From IMG/VR virus record IMGVR_UViG_3300037245_003208: a DNA stretch of 64,000 bases. One strand, given 5' to 3'. The translations under genes and the position numbers were made by a program. Of the stretch, positions 19,937-28,923 are shown one piece after another (position 1 is the stretch's first letter; every line of letters starts with the position of its first letter). Below the pieces are notes generated by a model, which saw only the letters and a program-made list of their open reading frames with translations, was not told the DNA's origin and ran no database searches. The stretch is from an uncultured virus (IMG/VR IMGVR_UViG_3300037245_003208) (Duplodnaviria > Heunggongvirae > Uroviricota > Caudoviricetes).

Positions 19937-20301
19937 TCTGTTTCTGCATAATTAGCCTCATAAACAATATCTATAATTGTTGCTAATTGAGGTAACGTAA
20001 TCTCATTTAGTAAGCTTTTAACTTCCTCATCCTCGTTAATAACATGTGGAAGTATAAGCGAAACATTGTTTTTAATTGCATTTTTAGCAAATGAGGCCAT
20101 TGCCATATCACTTACAGGTGTTGGCTTTCCTTCATCGTCCATAGTAATTCCCATGAACTCTGCGAATATCTGCTCAACTAAATCTGTCATGTCAAGAAAC
20201 CCACCCAAAGCGACAGGGAGTATTTTTAAATCTCTCAATGTCTCCCTGCCAATGGGTACAATATGTGTTGATGGGTTTATGTTTTCTAAAGATTTTTCCA
20301 T
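19837..20301 (-). CDS. Tail assembly chaperone (gpG-like)
   Basis: 154-aa acidic helical ORF right after the tail tube gene; contains a slippery heptamer. Confidence 0.85.
   Translation of the reverse strand: MEKSLENINPSTHIVPIGRETLRDLKILPVALGGFLDMTDLVEQIFAEFMGITMDDEGKPTPVSDMAMASFAKNAIKNNVSLILPHVINEDEEVKSLLNEITLPQLATIIDIVYEANYAETEKKLNEGILKKFQRKVDSIPSEKSSPPLAENMP
19877..19936 (-). promoter_or_regulatory. -1 programmed ribosomal frameshift signal
   Basis: A AAA AAG, a 6-nt spacer, then a perfect 12-bp stem GAGGGAATACTG/CAGTATTCCCTC (19912-19923 with 19877-19888). Confidence 0.88.
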
Positions 20302-20337
20302 TTGTACTTCTCCTTTAGATTGTAAATCTGTTAAATG

Positions 20338-20982
20338 TTACGCCTGACCCAAATTTGCTGCTGCTTCAAGAGTTGCCAAATCTCCAAACACCAAAGCACC
20401 AAGAGGCATTAAATCCCACACATCTGTAGTAATATCAGCATTACTACTGGATGCATCTGAAGCTTCAAATTTACAAGGCATACTCATTTCACCTTCATCA
20501 GACATATTCAATTCAAAACTTGAAGTTACCTGACATCTTGGGAGGATAGCAACCATGGTCAAAGCACCATCAGGAAAAACAAACCATGCTTCCATTCTCA
20601 CGTAAATAGGAGCTACAGGACTTCCAAATCCCACAGAACCAGAAGAAGCAGAAGCTGCAGTGGGTGTTTTACCCAGAGCAAGTTCAATGTTCTTTGGAGT
20701 AATCTCGTGCAAAGCACCCTCAAACGAAACTGCTGATTTTAAAGGCACAACCTTATTTAGTCTTTTAGGATACCCAGATTCAATGTTGTAATATTCCTGT
20801 GCCAGATTCATTTTGGTTCCTGTTAATTTTCCAATTGAATTAGTAACGGTAATTTCAGGATTTACCAAACTTATAAGTTCTTCTCCAGAACCTCCCCCAG
20901 CTTTCCAGTCCGCAAATACACGTATTTGTGCAAGTCCTAAACCAATGTTATCGACATTAATTGCTACAGGCCCTGTACTCAT
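20338..20982 (-). CDS. Major tail tube protein
   Basis: 214 aa; NIGLG..IG...FEGALHEITPKNIELALG..CKFEA tube-like pattern; position before the chaperone. Confidence 0.8.
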   Translation of the reverse strand: MSTGPVAINVDNIGLGLAQIRVFADWKAGGGSGEELISLVNPEITVTNSIGKLTGTKMNLAQEYYNIESGYPKRLNKVVPLKSAVSFEGALHEITPKNIELALGKTPTAASASSGSVGFGSPVAPIYVRMEAWFVFPDGALTMVAILPRCQVTSSFELNMSDEGEMSMPCKFEASDASSSNADITTDVWDLMPLGALVFGDLATLEAAANLGQA

Positions 20983-20986
20983 AATG

Positions 20987-21184
20987 TTACTCCTTTTCAG
21001 TTTTAAAAATATTGATATGCTTACACCATTTCGTAAGACATGTTATTTTACAAACCCCTTCAATTTCTAAAGAAACTGCTGGGATTGTAGTGCCACTCTG
21101 CAATCCAAATTTAAAAATCAATTTCCCGTTTACTAATCGTATTAATTTTTTACCGCAATTTTCACACTTTAAGAAATCAGACAT
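20987..21184 (-). CDS. Mu Com-like zinc-ribbon protein
   Basis: LKCENCGKKL...ITCLTKWCKHIN pattern, resembling Com-family Zn ribbons. Confidence 0.65.
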   Translation of the reverse strand: MSDFLKCENCGKKLIRLVNGKLIFKFGLQSGTTIPAVSLEIEGVCKITCLTKWCKHINIFKTEKE

Positions 21185-21623
21185 TGGATACCCATTTTAA
21201 TGTGATTGTAAATACTTTATAACGTGTTTTATCCATGGTAGTAAGCTCGTCACTAATAATAATATCTCCAAGCAATGCTAATGCGCCTATTGGAGTAAAA
21301 ACTGTCTTAGCTTCGTTAACATCATAAAAAGGAATGTGCCTCGTACCTCCCTTAGTATTCAGTAAAGCAAGAACAGAATCCCTTAACTTACTGAGCTCTA
21401 ATCCCTCATTATCCCTGCGTGTGCATATGTAAATCAAAACATTGGCATTAGTTATGGTATTCACTATCTGACTGCCTAAAACTACAGATACCCATTTTGA
21501 CAATGCTCTCTCAGAATATACTACAGTTTCACCTAATTTTACTTTAACAGTCAGGTTGTCTTTAAAATATTTTTTTAAAGACATCTGTAAATTATATTCA
21601 CTTGCATTTGCAGGTAAAGCCAT
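21177..21623 (-). CDS. Putative tail terminator
   Basis: Size (148 aa) and position before the tube gene. Confidence 0.5.
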   Translation of the reverse strand: MALPANASEYNLQMSLKKYFKDNLTVKVKLGETVVYSERALSKWVSVVLGSQIVNTITNANVLIYICTRRDNEGLELSKLRDSVLALLNTKGGTRHIPFYDVNEAKTVFTPIGALALLGDIIISDELTTMDKTRYKVFTITLKWVSNV

Positions 21624-21634
21624 TTAAATGCTCC

Positions 21635-22168
21635 TTAATACCAACTTTGTTTCATACGTACCCAGGATACTTGAACTCTTCTTGGATATCCTGTTTTCCA
21701 GTATTCCTCACGAGTCAATTTCCATAAGGGCCGTGAAGGAACAAATCCCAATCCGTATTCTAACACTCTTCCAATCATTTCAATGCTTTTGGCTTTTAAA
21801 ATCCTGCTACCACTTCCATACATTGCAGGCATTATCCGTGATTCTGTTTGAGCTCCCTCTCTTATCCCAACTGAAATAGCATTACCTCTTCTATTCCTGA
21901 TAGAAATACCTTTCTGCAAATCTCCAAAAAGCTTCCAATAAATATTACTGCTTGATACTTTAGCTTTCCACATAGCATAATCGTTACTTAATTTTGGAAA
22001 TGTACTGGCATAACGATTGGAAATTATATTCCTGTTAATCAAACTGTAGTAATCCATTGAATGGACTTTAGGCAACCGTGCTACTTGCGCATAAACCTCT
22101 TTCTCATATCTGGTCACGGCAGCTAAAAACTTATCAATTTCTTTTAAGTTTAAAGTAATATCCATCAT
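21635..22168 (-). CDS. Neck/tail-completion protein (HK97 gp10-like)
   Basis: Basic; VLEYG...VPSRPLW motif. Confidence 0.7.
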   Translation of the reverse strand: MMDITLNLKEIDKFLAAVTRYEKEVYAQVARLPKVHSMDYYSLINRNIISNRYASTFPKLSNDYAMWKAKVSSSNIYWKLFGDLQKGISIRNRRGNAISVGIREGAQTESRIMPAMYGSGSRILKAKSIEMIGRVLEYGLGFVPSRPLWKLTREEYWKTGYPRRVQVSWVRMKQSWY

Positions 22169-22773
22169 GGGCGTGTGTCCAATCCCAAACTTGCCATATG
22201 CACATTATCGTACCGTTTTCTTTTCACAGTCTCAATAACATACTTATCATCACCATCATGCAATCTATCACCTATTTTAATTCCTATTACTCCAGATATG
22301 TACAATTCCATTCCATGATCTTCAAAAGTACCTATATCATCAACTATTGATTCTTGATCACGCAAAGATTCTGTTAATAATACAGGTTCACTTAAAGTAA
22401 CCTCAGTCCATTCTATGGCATCATCATACTCATTGCCATCGTCCTCTTCTGAAGGACGTTCTATCTTAACACTTCCATTTGTTTTTAAAAGAACGCATTC
22501 AGATTTAATTAAGGCATTTTCAACATACTCAGGATTCTTGGCAGTAATTATATATTCACGTCCGTCCACAAAAATAACATGATCTCCCCCCAAAATGACT
22601 GAATCATATGGAACTACCAATTTTAAAAAATTGAGCACTATAAATGGTTTAGTTGCCTGGGAGTTTATTATGACTTCCCCATATTCTGAACCAACAGTAA
22701 CACTGTTTCGTGCAACAGTGTATGACATTCCCATTTCTGTGAATATTTCTTTTAAATCAGCACCAAGAGACAT
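22165..22773 (-). CDS. Head-closure/stopper-like protein (apparent tandem beta-barrel)
   Basis: Two similar halves (ILGGDHVI..GREY and IKIGDRL..DDKY); position. Confidence 0.55.
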   Translation of the reverse strand: MSLGADLKEIFTEMGMSYTVARNSVTVGSEYGEVIINSQATKPFIVLNFLKLVVPYDSVILGGDHVIFVDGREYIITAKNPEYVENALIKSECVLLKTNGSVKIERPSEEDDGNEYDDAIEWTEVTLSEPVLLTESLRDQESIVDDIGTFEDHGMELYISGVIGIKIGDRLHDGDDKYVIETVKRKRYDNVHMASLGLDTRP

Positions 22774-23201
22774 TATAACGCCCTTCCAAAAATATCATAT
22801 TCAAAGCCATTCCCAGCATAAGTGCCAAAATTATTCTCAACATTGATGTCACCAAAAGCACTGGGATTGTTTTCAACCGCTTCCAGAAAAGCAGCATCCA
22901 AAGTTGGAATTAATTTCATTAAATTATTAAACCGCTGCTCAAGATGGACTTTAGCATATTTAAATTTCCTGCTGTAATTTTCTGCTACAATATGTAAAAC
23001 GTGTCTCTTTGCTCTTTTGATGAACCAAATCATTTGAAAAGGGTCAGTGCATGGCAAACTCCACGCAGATAATTCAGCTAAAGTAGCAAGAATCGCCTCA
23101 TCATAATATTCATCTTCAATATCTTCTGAATAATCTGGTAAAGTAGCCTCTGCTAACTCCTGCAATGCTGCGTTATTTGCTATACTGCTTGGTACTGCCA
23201 T
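22773..23201 (-). CDS. Head-tail adaptor
   Basis: 142-aa helical acidic protein located after the capsid genes. Confidence 0.5.
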   Translation of the reverse strand: MAVPSSIANNAALQELAEATLPDYSEDIEDEYYDEAILATLAELSAWSLPCTDPFQMIWFIKRAKRHVLHIVAENYSRKFKYAKVHLEQRFNNLMKLIPTLDAAFLEAVENNPSAFGDINVENNFGTYAGNGFEYDIFGRAL

Positions 23202-23228
23202 GACTGACTCCTCTCACGTCCACATTGG

Positions 23229-23534
23229 TTATCTTCTACGGGTTCCTGGTGGTCTTTTAGGAGCCGCCTTCTTAGCTGCTTTTTTAGTGGTCGTGGCTGT
23301 AGCAGCCTCAGTTTTTGAAGTTTTGGCGGCTGGCTCCTTGGCATCCTCTTTTTCATATGTGATTACCGTGACAGTGGGACAGCCATCCTCTGCTTCTTTG
23401 CAGAGAACATCCCAGTGCGGGGTATTCTCTGCAGTGTAAACATTAGGCATAAGACTTCCCTTACCTGCTCCAGGAAGTCTTAAGCTGTTATGTAATTCTA
23501 TCTCTTTTGGATATTTCATCGCGTATTTCTCCAA
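23229..23534 (-). CDS. Hypothetical protein with a Lys/Ala-rich tail
   Basis: ORF between the major capsid and the adaptor. Confidence 0.55.
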   Translation of the reverse strand: MEKYAMKYPKEIELHNSLRLPGAGKGSLMPNVYTAENTPHWDVLCKEAEDGCPTVTVITYEKEDAKEPAAKTSKTEAATATTTKKAAKKAAPKRPPGTRRR

Positions 23535-23548
23535 ATTGTATCAAAAGG

Positions 23549-24823
23549 TTATGAAGTTAAAGGAGCAACCTGTAATTGATAAATTGCGTCCTCTTGATAA
23601 AGAATTGGAAGCCCTTTGTCCTGTGCTCTGACAATAACTACTTCAGGGTCAAAAGTTTCATCTTTATCAATTTTACAACCATAAAATGCATTGTTACCAA
23701 AAGGAGCCTGCTCATACGCAGCAATATTCTCACCCTCAACAGTAGTTGCAAGCATAGTGAACCTGTTATTTGGAACAAAATTAACAAGCTGTGTAACTAT
23801 AGTTAGCTGAGGTGGAAATGCTAATGCGCCACCAATTGCTGTTATAGTCAAAACACCTGATTCAGCATCAACCGCAGATATAACTGTTTTGACCCACTTG
23901 CCTGTGCGAATGTTGAAAAGTTTAACTGCTCCAATTTCAAAATCAGTAGCATTGGCTACAGTTACAGAAGTGGAGTCAATCGCAACATTCGTAATTGCCA
24001 TGGAACGGTTTTCATATTTCTCATCATAAACAAGGATGTCATCCAAATCCAAAATTTTAACAATTTCAGATTTGTTTATTCCAAGAATAGGGTCACGTTT
24101 TCCTTTATAAAGTTTACCGTCTCCCCATTTATCTTTAGATAGTAAATCCCTGACCGCAGAATCTGCCGCCATGTAACCTAAAGTTTTACGTGAGCAAATA
24201 CCAAGATTGGCCTTACCGCCGCACATGTCTGCAATTTCCTGCTTACCATCCTGAATATTACCAAGAATATCCCTGGTAGTTTGATCAGCGCCAGTCCAGT
24301 AAGACCCTGAAGATAGGGTGTCTTTCAAGTTAGCAGGAATGCCGTAGTCAACAGATGCATGGAGCCCGCCTTTTTTTGTTACGTAAGTAAAACCACCTTC
24401 CATAATCATTTTGGCAAACATCCATTCCTTCCTGCGATAACACCTGTTGGACAAACTTCTCATATTCCTTGCCAAGGTCTGCTTGGCTTTTTCCTTTTTG
24501 GCAATAGATGCCTGATTGGAGCCAATATTATTAAGGAATTCTTCATCAAATTCCATAATATCTCCCCAGAATGCGGCTTTAGCCTCATTATCAGAAGCGC
24601 CAAGTGGTGCAGTTTTTTCAGTAGTTGCGCCAGGAGCCTTGAATTTAGACATCCCTCTGCTTCCCTGATAGGACTCCCACACAATCAAATCAGAGTCTGC
24701 CTTGTTTTCCTCAAAAAGATTCTGCAGAACAAATGATGGGTCTGCAGTAAATTTTTTCATCAGTTTCCGTAATGTCTCAATATGCATATACTGAGCACCA
24801 CTGCTTCCAGATGTTAATCCCAT
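23549..24823 (-). CDS. Major capsid protein (lambda gpE family)
   Basis: RRKEWMFAKMI..G, VDYGIP, DILGNI and DPEVVIVRAQDKGLPI are Phage_cap_E-like motifs. Confidence 0.9.
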   Translation of the reverse strand: MGLTSGSSGAQYMHIETLRKLMKKFTADPSFVLQNLFEENKADSDLIVWESYQGSRGMSKFKAPGATTEKTAPLGASDNEAKAAFWGDIMEFDEEFLNNIGSNQASIAKKEKAKQTLARNMRSLSNRCYRRKEWMFAKMIMEGGFTYVTKKGGLHASVDYGIPANLKDTLSSGSYWTGADQTTRDILGNIQDGKQEIADMCGGKANLGICSRKTLGYMAADSAVRDLLSKDKWGDGKLYKGKRDPILGINKSEIVKILDLDDILVYDEKYENRSMAITNVAIDSTSVTVANATDFEIGAVKLFNIRTGKWVKTVISAVDAESGVLTITAIGGALAFPPQLTIVTQLVNFVPNNRFTMLATTVEGENIAAYEQAPFGNNAFYGCKIDKDETFDPEVVIVRAQDKGLPILYQEDAIYQLQVAPLTS

Positions 24824-24853
24824 GCTATATCTCCTCTATAAATATATTAAAAA

Positions 24854-25561
24854 TTAAACAAAAGTTGCTGTGGCAAAAACAGTTTCCCACTTAGCTCCCA
24901 ACCACTGCAGTTCAAGCACTTCATCCAAAGCATTGAAAGTAGCCACTTCAGGTGCAGATGTAACGTGATTGGCGATACTCAGAGTTACAGTAGCAGTAGC
25001 CTCAGACATGACAAAGAATTTTCTCTGCCCCACATACAGGCCGTCTGCAAGAGTTGCTTCAAAGGTTACGGAACCATCAAGCAAAGTGGGTCTTTTTAAC
25101 GATGCTGCACCCGCTTCTGTTAAAGTTTCTTCAGATTTGTATGAGTCTGTTGGGCCTGCTACAAAAATAGCTGCTCCCATTTCAACAGCACCAAGGTCAA
25201 GAAGACCCTTTCCGTCGTTATCTGCAGCATTGGGAATCATTTCAGTGTAAACGCCAAAATTACCTAAATAAAGAAATGACTGGGCATCGCCATCATAAAC
25301 ATCAGTATCTTTTCCAAGAATACCAATGGCAGGGAAAGTACCATCATAGTACTCATATTTTTTTGAGGTGGTGTTATACTGCATCAAACTTCCTCCAGGA
25401 ACAATACCTTCCTCATCCCTGTACTGATCAGTGGACTCTGCCACTACGATTGACCCACTCTGAAGAATTATTTCACGCGGTGTGAAAATCAGAGTGTTAA
25501 AGTCTACCTGAAAACCCCTTTTGATATAAGGAGCATCTTTACTGTGTACTCGCTTAGACAT
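24854..25561 (-). CDS. Head decoration protein (gpD-like) with C-terminal extension
   Basis: VPGGSLM..YEYY..AIGILGKDTDV; directly upstream of the capsid gene. Confidence 0.7.
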   Translation of the reverse strand: MSKRVHSKDAPYIKRGFQVDFNTLIFTPREIILQSGSIVVAESTDQYRDEEGIVPGGSLMQYNTTSKKYEYYDGTFPAIGILGKDTDVYDGDAQSFLYLGNFGVYTEMIPNAADNDGKGLLDLGAVEMGAAIFVAGPTDSYKSEETLTEAGAASLKRPTLLDGSVTFEATLADGLYVGQRKFFVMSEATATVTLSIANHVTSAPEVATFNALDEVLELQWLGAKWETVFATATFV

Positions 25562-25564
25562 TAT

Positions 25565-26794
25565 TTACGCCTCCTCAGACTTGAAATTAATTGAATCAAG
25601 AAGCTCATCAACCGCCCCGTCAATTTTCTTTTCAGCAAAATTGGCTGGATTGGTTTTATTAGAACCATTGTTAACTCCACCAATTACTGATGTGTCTGCG
25701 GTGTCTGCAAACTCTTCCCATGTTTTTAATTCTTTATCCAGAGCGGCAGTAAAAGCTTCAACGTCAAACACACCGTCTTTTTTGAAACTTTTAAAACTGA
25801 CCAGTCTCCGCACTCTGTCACTGTAAGATTTTCCAAGATTCATGTCTGAGAACTTCTGAAGATAAATTCCTTCAGCTTCATCTTTATGATCTTTAGATTT
25901 TAAAGTTTCAGACATTTTGAAACTTTCTGTTTCCATAACAGTGATTTTTGTGGTTAATTTTGTAATCATCTCAGTTAATTTTGAGATTGCTGAATCATCA
26001 CCTTCAGGGGTATCAGAATTTTTAGCTGCTTTTTGAGCTGCTGCAAATTTCTCGCCACCAAGAGTAAGAATTTTTTCAAAGAGTTCAGGGTCTTTTTCCT
26101 GAAGCTCTTCAAATGTTAATTTCTTAATCACGTCATCCTCCTCATTATTTTCATTAATATTATTATCAGCTCCACTAAACTCTTCAGTAAGCTGAATGTC
26201 TATAATTTCACAATCAAATTCTTCCATGTTCCCAGAATCTGATAGATTGCCAGCTTTGCTTTCTGTGTCAGAATCAGCTCCCCACACACATACAGAAGTT
26301 TCTCTATAAAGACTTTCACGAAAAATTGTAGCAGGGCCACGCAATGTGAAACCATTAACTTCTGCTTTTGCACCTTCTGAAAGTCTTTCTATCTTTGTTG
26401 GGCGTATGCTGATACTTGCCTGATAAGGGAACCCATCATCACTATTACTAATAAATTCATTAGCAACATCATTATTCAAATATTTGAAATCGTCCTCATT
26501 AATGTGCAAAGAATAGTCATCCTGCAATACCAATTTCCCTGATGAGCCTATTTTATCTCTCACCCAATGCTCATTCAATACTGGGAATCTTTTACCTTTA
26601 AACTTGACCCCAGTAGTGTCTACTACAAGCTTGTCGTAGTACCAATGCTTCATTGGTTTTCCTGAGTGAGCTTTCATTGTGAGTGTTCTTTTGCCATTTT
26701 CATCAGCAGCACTAAGAACTACAGGAGAAGTGTTATCAATAGATTCTGTAAAATGCAATGCTGCTTTTGGTACTTTTGTTAAACTTTTAATCAT
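25565..26794 (-). CDS. Prohead protease/scaffold
   Basis: PVLNEH...IG, GFPYQASI and ETSVCVWGAD protease motifs; helical C-terminal scaffold. Confidence 0.85.
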   Translation of the reverse strand: MIKSLTKVPKAALHFTESIDNTSPVVLSAADENGKRTLTMKAHSGKPMKHWYYDKLVVDTTGVKFKGKRFPVLNEHWVRDKIGSSGKLVLQDDYSLHINEDDFKYLNNDVANEFISNSDDGFPYQASISIRPTKIERLSEGAKAEVNGFTLRGPATIFRESLYRETSVCVWGADSDTESKAGNLSDSGNMEEFDCEIIDIQLTEEFSGADNNINENNEEDDVIKKLTFEELQEKDPELFEKILTLGGEKFAAAQKAAKNSDTPEGDDSAISKLTEMITKLTTKITVMETESFKMSETLKSKDHKDEAEGIYLQKFSDMNLGKSYSDRVRRLVSFKSFKKDGVFDVEAFTAALDKELKTWEEFADTADTSVIGGVNNGSNKTNPANFAEKKIDGAVDELLDSINFKSEEA

Positions 26795-26798
26795 TTTA

Positions 26799-27161
26799 TC
26801 ACCCTCTCTGTCGTTTTTCTGTAATGTTTAAATGGCCCATTATAGTTATGATATTTTCATCCAAAGTATCCAGTTTAGTGAACAATTTTTTAACGGTTGC
26901 TGACTCTGCTGTTATTCGTTCCTGAATTCCCACTCTGTGCTGATTGCATGTAGCATTATCCACTAAATTGAGGCCACCAGTGGGTTTAAAAATAACACAT
27001 TTAAGTAAATCTGTTTCCTCTTTCTGCTTTTTAATATCCTTTTCCTGATTCCTAATTGCGTCTTTCTGACTCTTATGATAGTATTTCAATGTCATAAAAC
27101 CTCCAATGCTCATACCTAACAAAGTTATCACTGAAATGATATCCTTAATAGTCCAGATCAT
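26799..27161 (-). CDS. Single-TM coiled-coil protein (possible holin-like)
   Basis: N-terminal hydrophobic helix followed by a coiled coil. Confidence 0.5.
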   Translation of the reverse strand: MIWTIKDIISVITLLGMSIGGFMTLKYYHKSQKDAIRNQEKDIKKQKEETDLLKCVIFKPTGGLNLVDNATCNQHRVGIQERITAESATVKKLFTKLDTLDENIITIMGHLNITEKRQRG

Positions 27162-27171
27162 TTAATGCTCC

Positions 27172-28830
27172 TTACAAATTAAGTTTAATGGGTCTACGTC
27201 TTCGCTTATATGTGTTCTTAACCGTTTTAGACGATTTAGTACTTTCAGATTTTTTACTTTCTTTGGGCTTCTCCCCCTCTACAGTGTCCTGCAGAACTTC
27301 CGCATCCACTCCATTTTCATATGGTAGTTCTGGGTAAAGTTCTTCTTCCTCTGCGTACTTTCTACGCTGACTCGCATACCCGCTTATCCCTATTCTGCGT
27401 GATGTTTCTTTCCTGGACAAACCAAGTGAAGAAGAAACTGGGCCGTGTTTAACGCCCATCAATGCTTTAACTCTTCCTTCAAGATCAATTAATTCTGATA
27501 CAGGATAATCAATATCTATGAAATGTTCAGGATGCTTCTGGTGCGTTTTAAATATGGGTTTTCTATTTTTAAAACCCACACATCGTTGATAGGTTATTAA
27601 TTCTGGAAAAGTGCCTATTTTAGATTTCAAATAAAAAACACCTGACCAAAAATCAAATTTCCAAAAACGATCAAAATAGGCAATCTCATCAGAAGTTCTA
27701 TCTGTCATTGGGCCACGAGTAGCCTTGACTGAGGCAAATGTTCCATTGGCATTCCCAGTTAAAACATCAGTAGGTTCATTTAAACCTGATGCGATCATAT
27801 TAAGAATGTCTGTGTCTTGTTCATTGAGGGTAGGCAACTGTGGACTTTTTACATCTACTTTCATTCCTGCTGGCAAGACTAAAGAACCACCAGCTTCTTT
27901 CTTAGCATAAATACCTGTCTTTTTTCTATCCTCGTCAGATAGGGCAAGCCACTGTCTAAACTTGCGAGGGTCTTCTATGGAGAATATCCACAAGTAAGCT
28001 CCTGCTGACTTTTTATGATCTATTTCATATTGTTTAAGAGATTCGTAATGATTTAACCATTTAATTGTTGTTTTGAGATATCCAACAGCACGGCGAGTTA
28101 TGAAGGATTTATCCCAGTTAACTATGAATTTTCGATAACCACCTAATTTCTTTAATTTGGGGTCAGATAACTTACGATTTTGTTTATTTGCTTTGAAAGA
28201 TTTATGCTTTACTACCAATGCCCTCATGGCAGGGTAGCGGGCAATAAAAATGGAAGGGATTTGCTCTATAACATTATCTTCTTCATCTGTAATATTATAA
28301 AAAAGGGGCATTTGTGTTTTTGTGGGGTGAAATATAATACCAGTATCATCATCACCGCCATCATCCCCACTGCCCCCTATTTTAGAAGGGTCTACAAAAT
28401 CAACTTCTACAAATTCATCGTCGTGTACTGTCTGACATAGAAAAAGTTCACCTTCAATAGCTCCTCTTCCAACATACTTTGGTAAAAAATTAAATAATCT
28501 GTTACGTTGATCATAGGTAATCTCATCTAAGACATCTTGAACTTCGATATTTTCTGAACTTTCATGAAAACCATTACCTGTAATACGTCCCTGCAAACCA
28601 CGAACGGAAGTGTTTAAATGCGGGCTGTCCTGAAATTTCTCCCAGCACAGTTTCTGCAATGCTCTGCGGTCGTACTCGCTTGGTTCGTCAGTGAGGGAGA
28701 ACCCATCTGGGTCAACTTTGGTAGGAAGATTTGAATTAATGGACATTGGCATTTTAAATGAAATTGACGAAAGTGCTTCGTCAGATAAATTCATAATTTC
28801 ATCTTCAATGCTTTGTTTTTTTTTGGACAT
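27172..28830 (-). CDS. Portal protein
   Basis: 552 aa after terL; IEGELF, VDFVDPS and IASGLNEP..LTG...TFAS portal-like motifs. Confidence 0.85.
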   Translation of the reverse strand: MSKKKQSIEDEIMNLSDEALSSISFKMPMSINSNLPTKVDPDGFSLTDEPSEYDRRALQKLCWEKFQDSPHLNTSVRGLQGRITGNGFHESSENIEVQDVLDEITYDQRNRLFNFLPKYVGRGAIEGELFLCQTVHDDEFVEVDFVDPSKIGGSGDDGGDDDTGIIFHPTKTQMPLFYNITDEEDNVIEQIPSIFIARYPAMRALVVKHKSFKANKQNRKLSDPKLKKLGGYRKFIVNWDKSFITRRAVGYLKTTIKWLNHYESLKQYEIDHKKSAGAYLWIFSIEDPRKFRQWLALSDEDRKKTGIYAKKEAGGSLVLPAGMKVDVKSPQLPTLNEQDTDILNMIASGLNEPTDVLTGNANGTFASVKATRGPMTDRTSDEIAYFDRFWKFDFWSGVFYLKSKIGTFPELITYQRCVGFKNRKPIFKTHQKHPEHFIDIDYPVSELIDLEGRVKALMGVKHGPVSSSLGLSRKETSRRIGISGYASQRRKYAEEEELYPELPYENGVDAEVLQDTVEGEKPKESKKSESTKSSKTVKNTYKRRRRPIKLNL

Positions 28831-28923
28831 AATAAAAAGTACCTTTTATTTTTCAATAAAAACTAACTGCTTATTACGTCCAATATAATTCTACTTAATA
28901 GTTGTCAAGGATTATTTACTTAT

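Noticed and set aside
28880..28910. Sigma70 promoter before the portal gene (TTGACA...TATATT, minus strand)
   Set aside because: The spacer is only 15 nt; plausible but not supportable.
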